From assembly GCA_009914755.4 (NCBI GenBank), contig CP068257.2, positions 27,008,001 to 27,072,000 on the forward strand: a stretch of DNA of 64,000 bases, in the 5' to 3' direction. Source of the DNA: the human T2T-CHM13v2.0 reference genome, Homo sapiens. The notes under the pieces were generated by a model that saw nothing but the letters and a program-made list of their open reading frames with translations, had not been told where the DNA came from and made no database searches. This document shows, one piece after another, positions 1 to 15,099 of the stretch (positions within the stretch are counted from its first letter, which is position 1; each line of letters opens with the position of its first letter). Position numbers and translations under genes: made by a program.

Positions 1-2366
1 AATGTACAAATACTGCCTCACTCCACATTTTTGTTAATCTGATGAGAGATTGGCATTTGAGTTTAAGAACCTCTCTAGACTGAGGCCAGTGCTCTGGGGC
101 CTGGAGACTTGGCCACAGATTCGAAGGTTTTTTGGTGAGTTATAGGAATGGAACTGAATGTGCATGCCCTTGGGGTAGGAGTGCCCTCATCAGGGAAACT
201 ACAGAGTTACCTCCTTCTCCTCATCTCAAAGACTATGAAGTGAGTCTTTGAGGCCAGACAGGTAATCTACTTGTCCTCCTTTTGGGAGTTCCAGATACAC
301 ACAGGGCACATTTTCCTGCCAGACTCTGTTTAATTCTCCATGCTGCACTGCACTGTCCTTTTACTAACTGCATGCATCCCCAAGCTTACACCAGGAAATT
401 CATTTAGGGAGGGTCTCAGATAAGACTTCTCTTAATATTCTGTGAATTTAGTCTATCTCAGTCAGCCTCTGTTTCTAATAAATGCCTTCTACTCTAAACA
501 GATTTGAAATTATTCCGTTTATCTCACTGTCAGCTTTTGTCCAAGATCCTGTTCAGTTATAGACTGCCATACACAAGGTAAGAATAATTCAAAAGTTTCA
601 GAGACCTATAAAGGTACTGAAGGATTAAGAAAAATTGACACAAATTCCAAAGGAAAAAGACTCAAAAAGAATTTTTCACATCATGGTCCCCTAAATTTCT
701 GCATACCATCAACTTAGCTGTTTTTTTTTTAACAGTACAGATTCCTGAGCCCCATTGTTATGGTCTGAATGCTTGCATCTCCCCAAAATTCATATGTGGA
801 AACTTTATCACCAATGCAATGATATTAGCAGGTGGGGACTTTGGGAGTTGATCAGGTCATGAGGTCAGAACCCTTGTAAATGAGATTAATGTCCTCATAA
901 AAGAGATCTGAGGGAGTCTGCCCCTCTCATCATGTGAGGACACAAGTAGAAAGTGCTATCTCTGAATTAGGAAGTAGGCCCTCACTAGACACCAAATCTG
1001 CCAGTGCCTTGCTCTTAGACTTTCCAGCCTTCAGAACTGTGAGCAATAAGTTTCTGTTGTATATAAGCCACCCCTGTTTGTTATCACAGCCCAAAAGGAC
1101 CAAGGCACCCACTATATACCTATAAATTCACATTCTCTTAAGGATAGAGCTGGGATTCGGAATTTTTAAACAAATTCCCCAGGTGATTTTAATTCATGTT
1201 AAAGCTGAGAATCATGAAAGAAAAGGCTAATTATGAATCAAAAGAAGGTTGTGAGGGTCACTTGATGAAATATCTGTGTCTTGAGAGAGAACATCTGGCA
1301 CATGTTTGCAGAGGTTTGATGTCTGTATGTTATCATTATAATATGAGCAGCATATGGATGACTATGAAGAGAAAGAGGGAGGTGCTCCTTCCTCCTGCAT
1401 CAACCTGTCATCTCAGGAAAAGCCTGATGTCCTGATAGATAACCCATAAATAGTGAGCTGGGTGATTCACTTAAGCATATCCTGAAGGACACCATGCCCT
1501 ATCCCTGCTTCATACATAAAAGATTAGACAGAGGGAGAAGAGGATATGAGGGGACAACTGCCTCTTTCTTAACATTTCCCTGAGAGTGGAGGGGGAAGAA
1601 CATTGAACTTGTCCTACCTCCTTCAAAGGTTTGACCCAAGAGACTCTCTCATAAAGTTTGAGGGTATTTCAGTTATCTGTTGCTATGTAACAAACCACCC
1701 CCAAAACAAAGTGGCTCAAAATAACAATGTTATCTCCATGGTTCTATCAATTGACAATGTTCAGTCAGATGGCCTTATTTGGTATTTTTCATATAGCATC
1801 AGTCAGGTGGCAGCTGGATTTGGAGATCACTAAAGGTTCATGGGCCATGCATGTAAAATGGCTCACTCATATGACTAGGAATTGATGCTGAGTGTCAGCC
1901 TGGAGCTCAGCTGGGGTTGTCAAGCACAGAACATGTATGTGGCCTCTCCATTTGGCATGAGCTTCCAACAGCATTGGTTGGGGCATGGCAAGTCTGAAAA
2001 GGACTGATCCAAGAGCAAGTCCTCTTGTGAACTAGTCTCATAAGTCCCAGAACATCCCTTCTGATTCATTCTACTAGTTAAGCATGTTGCTTGGGCCAAT
2101 CCAAATCCAAGAGAAGAAGAAATAGGCTCCTGTTCTTAATAAGGGGTGTGGTAAAGTCATATTGGAAAAGAACATTAAGGGTGAGAGATATTGTCGCTGC
2201 CATCTTTTGAAAATATGATTTTCTATAGAATGTGGCTCTGAAATATGGTACAGAGATTGTTTTTGTTTTTCCACCAAGGGAACTTGGAAGAAAATGCAAA
2301 AGGTACCCAAGATTCTGAGGATGGGCTAATACAAATCCAAAAGGTGGTACAGAAAGTAGCACTGGG

Positions 2367-2778
<412 letters not shown>

Positions 2779-3941
2779 TTATAGCAGAGGGAACAAAGGC
2801 TGGAACCACGCATTGCCTGTAAGAATTCCCCAGGGGCGAGGGTTGAGGGCTGCAGAAGGCCACCCTGCAGACCTCTTACATGAAGTGAATGGACACCACA
2901 ACCATACACACACATACCCCATTCTGACAGCAAAGACCAACACAAAAGGCCCTCCTCCACCTCTCCTTTCCACTCAGGCTTGGGATGCACTGAGTAGTGC
3001 TCAGAGGATGCACAGGCATTAGGGCAAGAACAAGAGGGAGTGATTGTAACAGAAAGATCAAACTTTCCCTCTTCTCTACCATGTTCCTTGAAGCTGAGCT
3101 GAAGACCATTATGGGGGATAGTGATTCTTGAATGTGACTGAATATTTACTCTACATGAGACTTGAGAGTGTAATTACCAGATTATAATGCAAATCACTAG
3201 TCAGAACTGAATTTATCAGCAGAGGCTGAGATTTCTTAATGGTGTTTTATACTTTTGCCTCTTTGCATACCTCCTTCCCATTCAGAAGTCCCTGGAAAAT
3301 GTTAGGAACTTGAAAAATTATGACAGCAGCTTAAAAATAATTATTCCATGTTTGGACATTACTAAGATGCTCAGATTGCTCCTGCTAACTTTATGTATGT
3401 AAATACTTTTTTGAAATAAAGCATTTGACCCACTTTCCACTGGAAAAATCCTGAGAGTTAAACCTAATAGTTGCACCAGAGGTGGTTCTTTGGCAAAAAG
3501 TAGGTTATGTATGGGGTGTTTTGGCTCAATAGAAATACCTATTTTATCCTGGCAATAGAGCTGTGTGATCATTTATAAATGTCTGTCCTTGTCACTAGTC
3601 TGTAAGATCCCTGAGGACAGGGACCAAGTCTGCTTTGCCCATTACTGATTGCATCTCTAGCACTAAACTTGGTGCCTCTCACAGGAAAGGTATTCAGGTA
3701 AGGTTTGTTAAATGAATAATTAAATTAAGTTGATGAGTCAAAGAAGCCCAGAACTCTAGCAGTAGAAGAGACTTTTGAGATCATTTAGTTCAACCTTGAT
3801 CTTCTATGTTGTGATTCTGAGATCCACAGACATTAAAGAACCCACTCACCATAAAGAAGTATGTCAATGGCAGAGCAAGAAGCAAAACTCAGGTCTCTTG
3901 TCTCTGAATTCAGGGATTTCCAAAACATACTGTGTTTTCTT

Positions 3942-4275
3942 TTATTTATTTATTTTTATTTATTATACTTTAAGTTTTAGGGTACATGTGCACAACGTGC
4001 AGGTTAGCTACATATGTATACATGTGCCATGTTGGTGTGCTGCACCCAGTAACTCGTCATTTAACATTAGGTATATCTCCTAATGCTATCCCTCCCCGCT
4101 CCCCCCACCCCACAACAGGCCCTGGTGTGTGATGTTCCCCTTCCTGTGTCCATGTGTTCTCATGGTTCAATTTCCACCTATGAGTGAGAACATGCAGTGT
4201 TTGGTTTTTTGTCCTTGCGATAGTTTGCTGAGAATGATGGTTTCCAGTTTCATCCACGTCCCTACAAAGGACATG
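3942..4275 (-). mobile_element. L1 3'-end fragment (end of ORF2 + 3'UTR, L1PA-type), 5'-truncated, minus orientation
   Basis: Reverse complement of the L1 3'UTR: tttaagttttagggtacatgtgcacaacgtgcaggtt...gggagggatagcattaggagatatacctaatg...catggatgaaactggaaaccatcattctcagcaaactatcgcaaggacaaaaaacc. T-rich tail 3938-3968 on the left. TSD actgtgttttctt at 3929-3941 and 4276-4288. Confidence 0.9.
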
Positions 4276-5163
4276 ACTGTGTTTTCTTCTCTACGCCACG
4301 GTACAGCAGAAGAGCTAAGCACTAACCAGAATCTGGCTCTGTCTCCAAGGCAGTATCAATATTTCCTTGCTTTTCCCCTCTCCCCTTAAAGTCATATCAC
4401 TTAGCTAAATTAAAAGAGGAAGCTCATAAGTAGAATAGAATGTTCACAAAAACTAAACCCATCTAGAAGGAAAGAATGAGGGTGGAAAGGGGGCTCTCGT
4501 CTGACCCGATTAAGAAATAAGTATAGGGTACACTAAAGAATCAAAACATATCACCTCAGTGAACAAACCTTTGATCGTTTATTCATTCAACAATATTCAC
4601 TGAGCATCTACATTGTGACAGACACTGTTTTAGGAACTGGAAAGAGGTAACAAATAAGACAAAGTCGTTTCCCACAAGTAGAGTATATTCTAGTTCGGGA
4701 GGCAGAAATAAACAACTACATGAACAGTAGAATTTCTGAGAGTGATAAGTAATTGGAAGTAAATAAATGTTATGCTGGGATACAGGATAACTGCTGGGAG
4801 AGGGTCTCCTTTGGAAGAGATGATCAGGAAGGCTTTTCAAAGGCGGTAACATTTTATTTGGAGTCTACAAAGGGAAGGAACTTGCCATGCTAAGCACTAA
4901 GGAAATATACCAGAGGCCAAGGGAACAACAAATGCTAAGGTTCAGGGGCAATAAGAATTTGAAGGAAGTGGAGAAGAAAATCAAGGCAAAGGAAACAGCT
5001 CAAGGAAAAGCAAAATAATAAAATAATAAAATTTTTACTTTTTTTAAAATAACAAAAGTTTAAAAGCATGAAACTACATGGCATGTTTGGAAACAAATAA
5101 TTCAAATATATGCATGGGAATGAGGTCAGAAACCAAGGCTGGGAGGCTATAAAGAACATCTGA

Positions 5164-5725
<562 letters not shown>

Positions 5726-7550
5726 TTACGGGTTTCCAAATTGGGCAATGGGGGAATGGAAGTACCTATAGCCAACATCTTGGGGAGCAACTGTGTGAGA
5801 TGAGTTCAGGTGAGGTTGTACCTGGAGGTCAGACATCTTGGAATATTAGAGAGGGGTGTCTAGCCAACTATTCAGAGTTGAAGTCTAGTCTTGAGAAGGA
5901 AGAGGTAAAGATGTAGATTTGGAAGTCCTCGGCATATAAAGGGGAGTTGAATCCATGGGGGTGAATGATGTTAACTCAGAAGATGAAAGGGGCTTGAGGA
6001 AACAGACAGCTGAGAAGAGGCTATGAAAGATATGCAGAAGAGAACTTTAGGGGATGATTTCATTTAAATGGAGAGACGACAAAAAAGAACCATCAAAGGA
6101 TGCTAAAGGTGGGTACAGAGTGGTAGTGGGGAAAGTGATTGAATGAGAGAAGCAGCAAGGAATCAAGAATGTCAAAAATATTGTCAAGAGGAGAGGAGAC
6201 CGTAGTTGGAATTGTGTAATTATTATTTCTGTGGACCAAGTAAATCTTATTCAGGAAGATAGTTAGAGCTACATTGCTATTCTGGAAATAAGTATAAATT
6301 GTGCTAGTCAAAGCGCATAGTTTTATGCTCCAATAAAATCTTTGCCAGCTGTCAAATACCAGTCACTTTAAAACATAATAAAGACCTATTTCACAGTGAG
6401 AAGTATTCCTTTTCCCCCCAGACTCCATGCAAATTATGGATAAAGAATGTAGCAATTTAATAAATCACTGTACTTTTGAACTTAGCCATAAGAAGAAACT
6501 ACCAGAAGTGTGATTTAGAAGAAAAACTATAAAAAATATTCTACTTATTGTTGAACTGAATCAAGGCTTTTATGGAAATAAATGTGATGGTAGTTTATCA
6601 AAAAGAGGGTACTTGAAACAGAATAGAAATAAAACAGAATAAAGTAGTGTTATTTCACTTCTAAACATTGTCACTTGAATAGACCATTGTCTATGGATTT
6701 TTAATTGTAAGTTGCAATTTGAGTTCAATCAAAATTAATACCTATCACAAGAATGATTTCATTTTTGTCTCCTCTGTATAATTACCAAATTGATATAATA
6801 TCTTGCATAGAGCATTATCACGAAGGTCAGACCATCTTCTTTCAAAACACTTTGTTTTCCTTGGAATCTCTCTATATCAACCACCTCAGAGAATCTCTGG
6901 TAATGTCATTACAGAGAAATAGAAAATAAAGTCTGCCATGTTATTAACATGCCATTATTTTGCAAAAGAGAAAAGTTTAATAGAAATTTAAATAAAAGAA
7001 ATAGGTGGGGATGGGAAGAAAAACCATATCAAAATGTGAAAATCAAGTAAGACAACTTGTTCAAATTCCAACAGTCCACAACATACCACATTATACCTGT
7101 CTTATAAATTTTCCCCTAAGCGTGGAATAGAAAATTAAATTACCACATTTCTGTGATTTAAGATCTTTGGATTTGATTTGAATAGCTGTATTTCTGAAGT
7201 TGCTTCATTACATTTTTTCCTATGGAGGTAAAGTTTTTATTTTCAGAATTATTCACACCATATTTTTAGTCCCCTAAGATCTTAAAATGCAAACAGTGGT
7301 TGCTGACTTTATTAAAACATAAGAAAAGTTAGGTAATATTTATGATACTGTTGATCACCTACCCAACAATATTTCTTCCCTCTTTCCTTTCAGAGTGTTG
7401 ATTTTATTTAGGCATTCACTCTCCCCTCTTCACTGGGGAAATCCCGATTAGCCTAAGCCATTCTTGGGCATGTCATTGCCCAGGAAACCAACACCAGGAT
7501 GAACCTATGACCTAAGTTGACCCAATCAGATTGGAAAGAAGGGCTTATAG

Positions 7551-7654
7551 TTTCTTCCTTTTCTTTCTTTTTTCCTTTCTTTCTCTCTTTTCTTCCTCCC
7601 TTCCTTCCTTCCTTCCTCCCTCCCTCCCTTCCTTCTTTTCTGTCTTTCTTTCCT
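7551..7654. repeat. (TTCC)n/(CTTT)n polypyrimidine microsatellite (GGAA-type on the opposite strand)
   Basis: tttcttccttttctttcttttttcctttctttctctcttttcttcctcccttccttccttccttcctccctccctcccttccttcttttctgtctttctttcc. The overlapping ORFs 7453-7728 (-) and 7517-7717 (+) are low-complexity artefacts. Confidence 0.95.
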
Positions 7655-7929
7655 GCTGGACATGAACAAGGAAGCATGAAGTCCCAGCTGTCACAGACAG
7701 TCATCTTGCTCCCATGAGGGGAACCCACTTTAGAATTAAAAATGGCAAAGCAGAAATATAGAAATAAACTAAATTCTTGAGGACTCCATTAAGCTATTGT
7801 TCATTCCACCTGAAACCCACTTTACCCTTTAGACTACCAGAAATAAAAGAAAATAAATAACATTATTTATTTTCATTTGAGTTGAGGTTTAGCCTTCTTA
7901 AGACATAAACCAGATTATCCTGAGATAAA

Positions 7930-8360
7930 AGACCACAGCATTTATTTCCCAGTCTTGAAGGGATGAAGTGAAAAAATCAGCAGAAACCAGCAGATGGCCA
8001 AGAAAGTGATCCCTAGATACCCTCATTGCTCATTAGCCTAAGATACTCCCACGAGTGCCATGACAGTTTACAAATGCCAGGCAATTACCTGGGAGTTACT
8101 GACCCTTTCTGTGGCATTGACCCAAAAGTTACTGTTCCTTTCCTAGAAAGTTCTGAATCACCCACCCCTCAATTTGCATTAACCCTCCCCTTAATTTGCA
8201 TGTAATTGAAAGTGGGTGTGATTATAAAGAGAGATGCCAAGAGTCCATACATTGCCAACTCTCGGCACACTTCATGTGAGTTAGCCCTGCTCCACAAGGA
8301 GCAGTACTGGTCACTAAAGGATGTCTAACACCACTGGCTCATCCTTAAAAATATTTCCTG
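7930..8360. repeat. ERV-type LTR-like fragment, family uncertain
   Basis: Shares the motif cattgct...gccatgacagtttaca[a/g]atgcca[g/t]gcaa...ttac with the block at 29270-29400. Recalled from memory as an ERV1-class LTR (MER/LTR family) but not verified. Confidence 0.35.
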
Positions 8361-11300
8361 GGTGAAGGCTAAAACCCTCCAAGGCTAAATCCCAATTCTG
8401 GGACTTGCCTGTCCTGCATCAATATTGCTTGTTTAACATTCTCCAATGTCTTCCACCATACTCAGAAGAAAACCCAAACTGCTTACTCTGGATAACAAAG
8501 CCCTGCAAGATCTCTCCCTTCAAACTCCTTGAACCCATGACCACCCACTCTCTCCTTCATGCACTAGACTCCAACTAAACTGGTCCAGCTCCTTGTTCCC
8601 AATTTAAGGATCCTTGTCCTAGCTATTCAACCCAACTGGAAGGCTCATCCTTCTAATACTTTTATGACTAATGTCTTCTTTTCATTCCGATCTTTTTTTA
8701 AAAGGAAACAACCTCACAGGGACCTCCCTCAAGCACCCATATTAAAATCGCTTCTCAGTCAATTGCGTATCACTTCTGCACAACATTTCTTAACATCCGA
8801 CAAGTTTCTTGTTTGTTTACAGTCTCAGCTGCCCACAAGAATAAATAAATGAAAGCATTGCTGCTTCCACAGAAATCTTGGACCCCTGATACAAGCACTG
8901 ATTTGTGTTTAGTTCATTGGACTATAAAGAGTTTTGAAATCTCAATTGTCACCTGGACTAGGTCTAATGCATGCACTAGCAACAAAACCAGATATTATTG
9001 AGAAATTATGTAAGCCTAAATGATCATGAAAAATGTATCTGGCTCTATGATTAGCAAAAGAAAAAACTGTAAACTATCTTTTTATCCCTTGAAGTCATTA
9101 GCTTTAAGTCAAAAAGACTAATGAAATAAAACAACTTCAAACGCTAACCTATATGCAAACTGTGTTTACCAACTGGAATTATTGTTGACCAATGGTATTT
9201 GAAAGTCACTAACAAAAATGATGTGACAATTGTCAAATGAGCAGAAAGTACAGCAACCATGAAGAGGAAGATCTGATAAAACTCTGAGAAAACATGTGGA
9301 TTTGAGTCACAGAACATTGCACTGGTCTCACTGTCTTCTTGAAGGCCGATCAGAACAGGTTCGTACAATGAAAGAGCATTTAGTAAGTTATGGATCGTGG
9401 GCCATATCCTTATAGGCCATTAATTTGTTAATTTCAAAAACAGCACAGTGTTTTGTGCAACTAAGTATACTGTCTGCCTGCACAGAGTCTAAAAAATGTT
9501 GAAGTCTACTAACAGCTTTCATGGTTATCTCCAGCATTTTCTTTCTTTCTCTGCTTAGTTACTCACTTTGGAAGGGAAGGATACTGAAGGATAACCTCTG
9601 ACAAGTAGTATCTTTTTTTGGTGGTAGAAAGGCACAAAAGTTAGAGATCCATAAAGCTATTTTTTCACCAGCACTCTAAGTCAAGGAAAGCATAAGAATT
9701 GTTTCTGAGCAGATGTTCTCTCCCGTGGAACTTGCCAGGACAGAGTTTCTACTGTCTCGAAAAAAATAAAACACACATTTTAATGTATTTCTCTTAACGT
9801 CTCATTTTCAGTGCTGTCCAAACAAAAACCTGGCTACAGGTTCAGACTTACTGAAACAAGTCAATGAAATCTGCTTGGAATTCATAGTTTTAGCATAAAG
9901 CACCCAATTTTAGAAAAGTGGTTCTGCACATTAGGTTAATACATTAAGTTAGTTGTTTTCTGCAATAGGGTTATTGTAGATACCTAAAAACAGAGGTTTG
10001 GCAGCCTAGAATTCCTTATGCCAAGGATACAAAATGCTGGATATAAAATCCAATTTCCACCTGCTTACTTGAATATCTATTTTGACCAGGTATGTAAAAG
10101 ACATGTACTTGCTGAAAATGTTGTCTTTTACGCTCACCACTCACTTCATGCTGCTTAAATATCCATCTTTAATGAACTCACCTGGAAACTAATTCACTTT
10201 GAAAGCAAATATTTACCAAAAAAATCTGAGGCCAATAGATGGGTATTATAGAAAAAATTACATGTGTTCTCAAAGCACATTTTGAGCCTAATATACCTTT
10301 AAAATACCCCTCTTTTTCTATTAAAATATTATGACAAAATGTTCTACTGTTGGAAAATACCCAAGTCCCCTCCTCTATTTGTCTATTCTATTTTTCACTA
10401 ATTTCAATGAATACAATAAGTTTTTTATTTTGAATTTGTTTTGAACAAACTAGTATAGGGCAAAAAATGAACAAATGAAAACTATGTGGTTAGCTGCCTG
10501 AGGTAATTGCTTGTAAATGTGATAGTGTCTAACTGCATAAAAATTTGCTATAAATAAGAAAAAAATAAATCTGACTCTAAGTAGTTTTAAAAATCCATTT
10601 GAATTCATCAAGGAGAATAGGAAATACATTTTCTTTTCCAAATCCATCTCAATTGAATTAAAAACTCTTTGAGGGCAGGAAGCAGCTCAGACTGGTGGGT
10701 AAAACCTTGGAAATTTGAAATAAGACAACTCAGGATAGTAGCCCAGGTATTTAAACCACTGTGTGACCTCTGCCAGGTTTCTTATTCTCTCTAGGCTTGA
10801 ATTTCCCAACTGTAAGATAAGGATAATAATATCTACTTCATAGGATTGTGGTGTGAATTAAAGATCTGAGCATCTGACTCATGGTACGCTCCAAGTCAGT
10901 ACTAGCTCTCTGATATTTCCCAAAACACACAGCTCAGGTATTTACATACTGGATACTCAATGACTGTTTCCTAAATGAAATAAAATTAAATGTTATTTCC
11001 ACTCTATAAAATATCTGCATTTATATAAGAAATAATTACAATTAATAGGACTTTTGGCAACTTTTGATTCTTATAACTTGAGATTGCTTCTACTTTCTCA
11101 TTTGTACATATCCTATCTTACTCCTAGCCCCAAACCAAAATGTAAAATTTGTGCACGATTAGAATCTATTTAAATGTATGAAAAGTCATACTTTAAATAT
11201 CCAACTGAGTTTTGTCAGGAAAATAAAGTCAAAATCAACATTATGAGAAAAATGAATTAAATATACAAATTCAGGCTACACAAATAGAGGATGCAGCAAT

Positions 11301-14300
11301 GAAGGTTTAGAAGATGATGGCCGAGGTATCTCTTAACTAGGGGGGGAAGCCATTTATCTCTAGAAAGTTCAAGAAACTGACACAACCCAAGAAGTGGACC
11401 TTGTGGAAAATTCTAGAAACCACATCCTTTGCCACAACCTATAGAAAACACGGTCTGGGGAAGTCCAAGAAAGTACCAGAACCACTAACGGCTTGTGGAG
11501 AGGTCTAAAAACCAGCTGCACCTAACAATCAGGACAGTCCCAGGATAACAGCTTCCACTTCATTTGCAACTTCCAAATCCCACTCAAATCCCTCTTGTGG
11601 GTGAATTCTAACCCAGCACCACTTAGGAATAAGAACATAGGGAAATACAGTCCTCAGCCTTAGACAGGGCTCTTGGTGGTGGTGCCACATTGAAAACAAC
11701 CAACCTAGCACAGTCCATGCAATACCCTTGTTAACTCATTGACTCAACATCCATCCTACTACTAAAACCATCTTTAATTTCCAAATAAAGACAATGACAA
11801 CATCAGGCCTCCACCTAAACTAATGCAACCTATCATTTACACGACCAAAGACATACTAATCATCTGCCTCACAAAGGAGGCAAAGAGTCCACATGCCACT
11901 GTTAATTCTTTCTAAATACAAAGCAAGATAAGCCCATCAACCAAAGGCAATATAGTACAAGGACTTAAGTGTCAGAAAGACCAAGGGTCAAATCTTAGCT
12001 CTTTTACTTGACCATTGTGTAACTTTGATAAATTACATAACTCTCTGATCCTTCATTTCTTCAAGAGAAAAATGAAAAACACCTACCTTCTAAGACTACT
12101 GTAAACATTTACAATAATATTTGTGACAATTCTGTTTCATAGTAAGTGCTCAACAAGTAATTAGCCTTTATCAATATCTATTTTAAGTGGCATGGATAGA
12201 GTAACATTTCTTGCTGATCATTTTTTGTCATGCAGCATATTACATTCATGTTTTCTCAACATTATATTAAACGGTTTTCATACACAACTATGTATGTTTT
12301 TCTATTGTAAAAACTTCCTAAAACAAACATCAGCTGAAATTTCCTAATTTAAATGACCAATTTCTTGATCCTGCTTAGGTTAAACAGATCTGCATAAAGA
12401 TACAGAAAAGTGATTGAACAGTCAAGAGGTAGCAGCAAACCCTAAGAAAAAGGAAGGTCAAAGAACTGAATTATATACAAGTTACCTGATCAGCTCCTAA
12501 ATAATAGAAAATTTACTGTTTATCCAAAAGGACAGCAGTCCTATTTACCTAAATTATGCCAAGAGTGACTTCAGAGAGGAATTAGCTTTCACTTCTACAA
12601 AGATCTAACCCATGAGTTTGTAACTTTAATATTCTGACTTCATGTCAAAGGAGAAAAATCTCAACTCAATTATCCTACCAGAAAACACAAATTGGTTGAC
12701 ATTGGCAGACTACAACAACACCATGAAAATTGTAACTGCAGAGAAAAGACAAAACAAAAAAACCTCTGGAAGTCAGAACACTTGAGATTCATATCCTCAT
12801 AACTTGGAAGGTTATTCTTTTGTTTGGACAAAGAATACTGGAGTTTTTTAAATGTTTGTACTTCAACTCATCCATACTTATGATATAATCCCCAAAAAGC
12901 AGCCAGCAACCCAAACCTTTAAGGCTGCCAACCAGGAAAAATAACTTAGCACAACAATGATCTTTTCTAACCATAAATAATGGTATCTTGGGCCAAGCTT
13001 CCTAGATAGACTTGGATTGAAACAGCTCTTTACCCTAGGGCTATTAACTGTATAACATGGATATTGAGAGGAAAAAGGCAAAAAGAAAAAATGCAAAGGA
13101 ATAAAATTAATTCTTAAAATACCTCAAATTTTGAATAAATGGGGACATGGACTTCTTGAATGGTAGTTCTGTGAATTAAGACAAGCCATTTCTTGGTATG
13201 TGTGCAAAAATCCTAGAAGTTGTGGGATGCTTAAAATTATGTTTATGACTCCAAAACTCAAGTGTGCATGTCAAATATAGGTTGTAGGGACAGATCTCAA
13301 CTAATCTCTGTATGGTATTTGGCTCTAACACCAAAATAATAGGACCTAAAAGAGAAACAACATTAAAGTCCTACCATCCAAAACCCAAACAATTTTGTAA
13401 CTAGGATACTAATAAAAGAATAACTGGAGCCTCTAGAGTTCCAGTAGCTCAGTTTGGTTAGAGGCTACTTCAAAGGATATTAAAAATGCCCGAAACCAAT
13501 AGAGTGGGAAAGTTGGCTTGAGGGCCCTAAGAAAATGCATAGAACAGAATTCTGATTCAGTGGGGCTCCTGATGAGGTAGCAGAGGAATAAATACAACCC
13601 ACTTCAAGTTAAGATGAAGCCTAGGTGCCCATTTTAAATTGCCCTAAAATAGAGCTGAAAGGTCTTCTGCCTGTGCAATTGCCATGTTGAAGACCTTTGT
13701 TCTGCCTGCAGGAGGTTGTAATCTGGTCCTGCTATTCTGACTCCTTTTGACTAAAAACAAATGACATGTAAACAAATACAGCTTCCATGTTACACTGGCA
13801 TGATTTTAATGTCATATTTACCAATCTCATATGAGCTATTTGCCTAAGATTCAATTAGACTTTAAGAAATCGTATTATATCGTTGACTTGTCCCAAGCTC
13901 ATGACTGACAAAAAACCTCTTGTCCTTTTCATGTAAATTAATGTTAAGGCACATCTTGTCTGCTGCATATGCTGAATCTTTAGATTCATTGTAGCACTTT
14001 ACGTTAATTGCTATTACATTTCATCTTGTTAAACCTGGTCACTTATTTTACCTGCGTCTGATCTCGATTCTGCCCTCCAATATATTAGCTAAAGTTCCAA
14101 AGTCCATGTTAACTATTTGTTTCCTATGGCCACCAACAGTGTTGAGTAGGTATAATCTCAAACATTTGCTGCATGTAACCAGCTACTTCCTGACTGTCAA
14201 AAATATTGATTGCTTTTCTTAGATACAAACTATCAGTCAAAACTTTACAAATTCTCCTGAATACATTATCATCCTGACATTTTTCTTTTTGTCCACAAAG

Positions 14301-15099
14301 ATATTCTCTCCATATCTGTCTGATAAACTAGTTTCTGATATACATTTTCCTAATCAATCAGCCTAGAAGCTTTATTCAATAAAGAAATTTGGAAAATTTG
14401 AAAAGCCTTGTTCTACATGATTTAATAATAACCCACTGCAAGCGCTTCAGCTTTCTCAAAGAGTTCAAAAGATACCTTCTAATTAACCTGTTAGAGCATT
14501 TTGTTCCAAATGGACAATCAAGTTCCTCAATCTGTATCAAAATATTTTTATCAGTTCAGAATTTTGATAACCATTTTAGCAGCATTTGCCCATTTCTCAT
14601 TTTTCAGCACCTTTATCTTCATCCCAGGCATTTTAAAAGTGCCAAAAGAAGTGAAGAAGCTCATTGCCACATTTTCTGTTCAAGAGGAAAGGTAGAAACC
14701 AAAGAGAACTATTTGAGTATGAAATTCCCTTCCATATTCATATACCCTGGACTCAACATTGCAATATAATGAAAAATTAAAATGGGTTAGACTTGAAGAT
14801 TTGGGGTATACTTCTAACAAAAGAGAAATAGGTAATGAGACATCTCATGCTTAGCCCAAAGGATACCATTATTTTCCACAATCCACTAACCAAATATCTC
14901 CATATCAGATAAGGTAAGTCCTCTAACCTAGTTATTCATCTTCAGTATTGCCTGGGCTATCTTTGGTCTCTTGCCTTTCACACAAATTTTAGAATTATCC
15001 TAACAATATAGTTACACATACATATGTGCAAGCACATAAAAAAGTGCTAGAATTTTTATTGGGATGGCACTGAACCTAAATCAATTTGGGGAGAATTGA

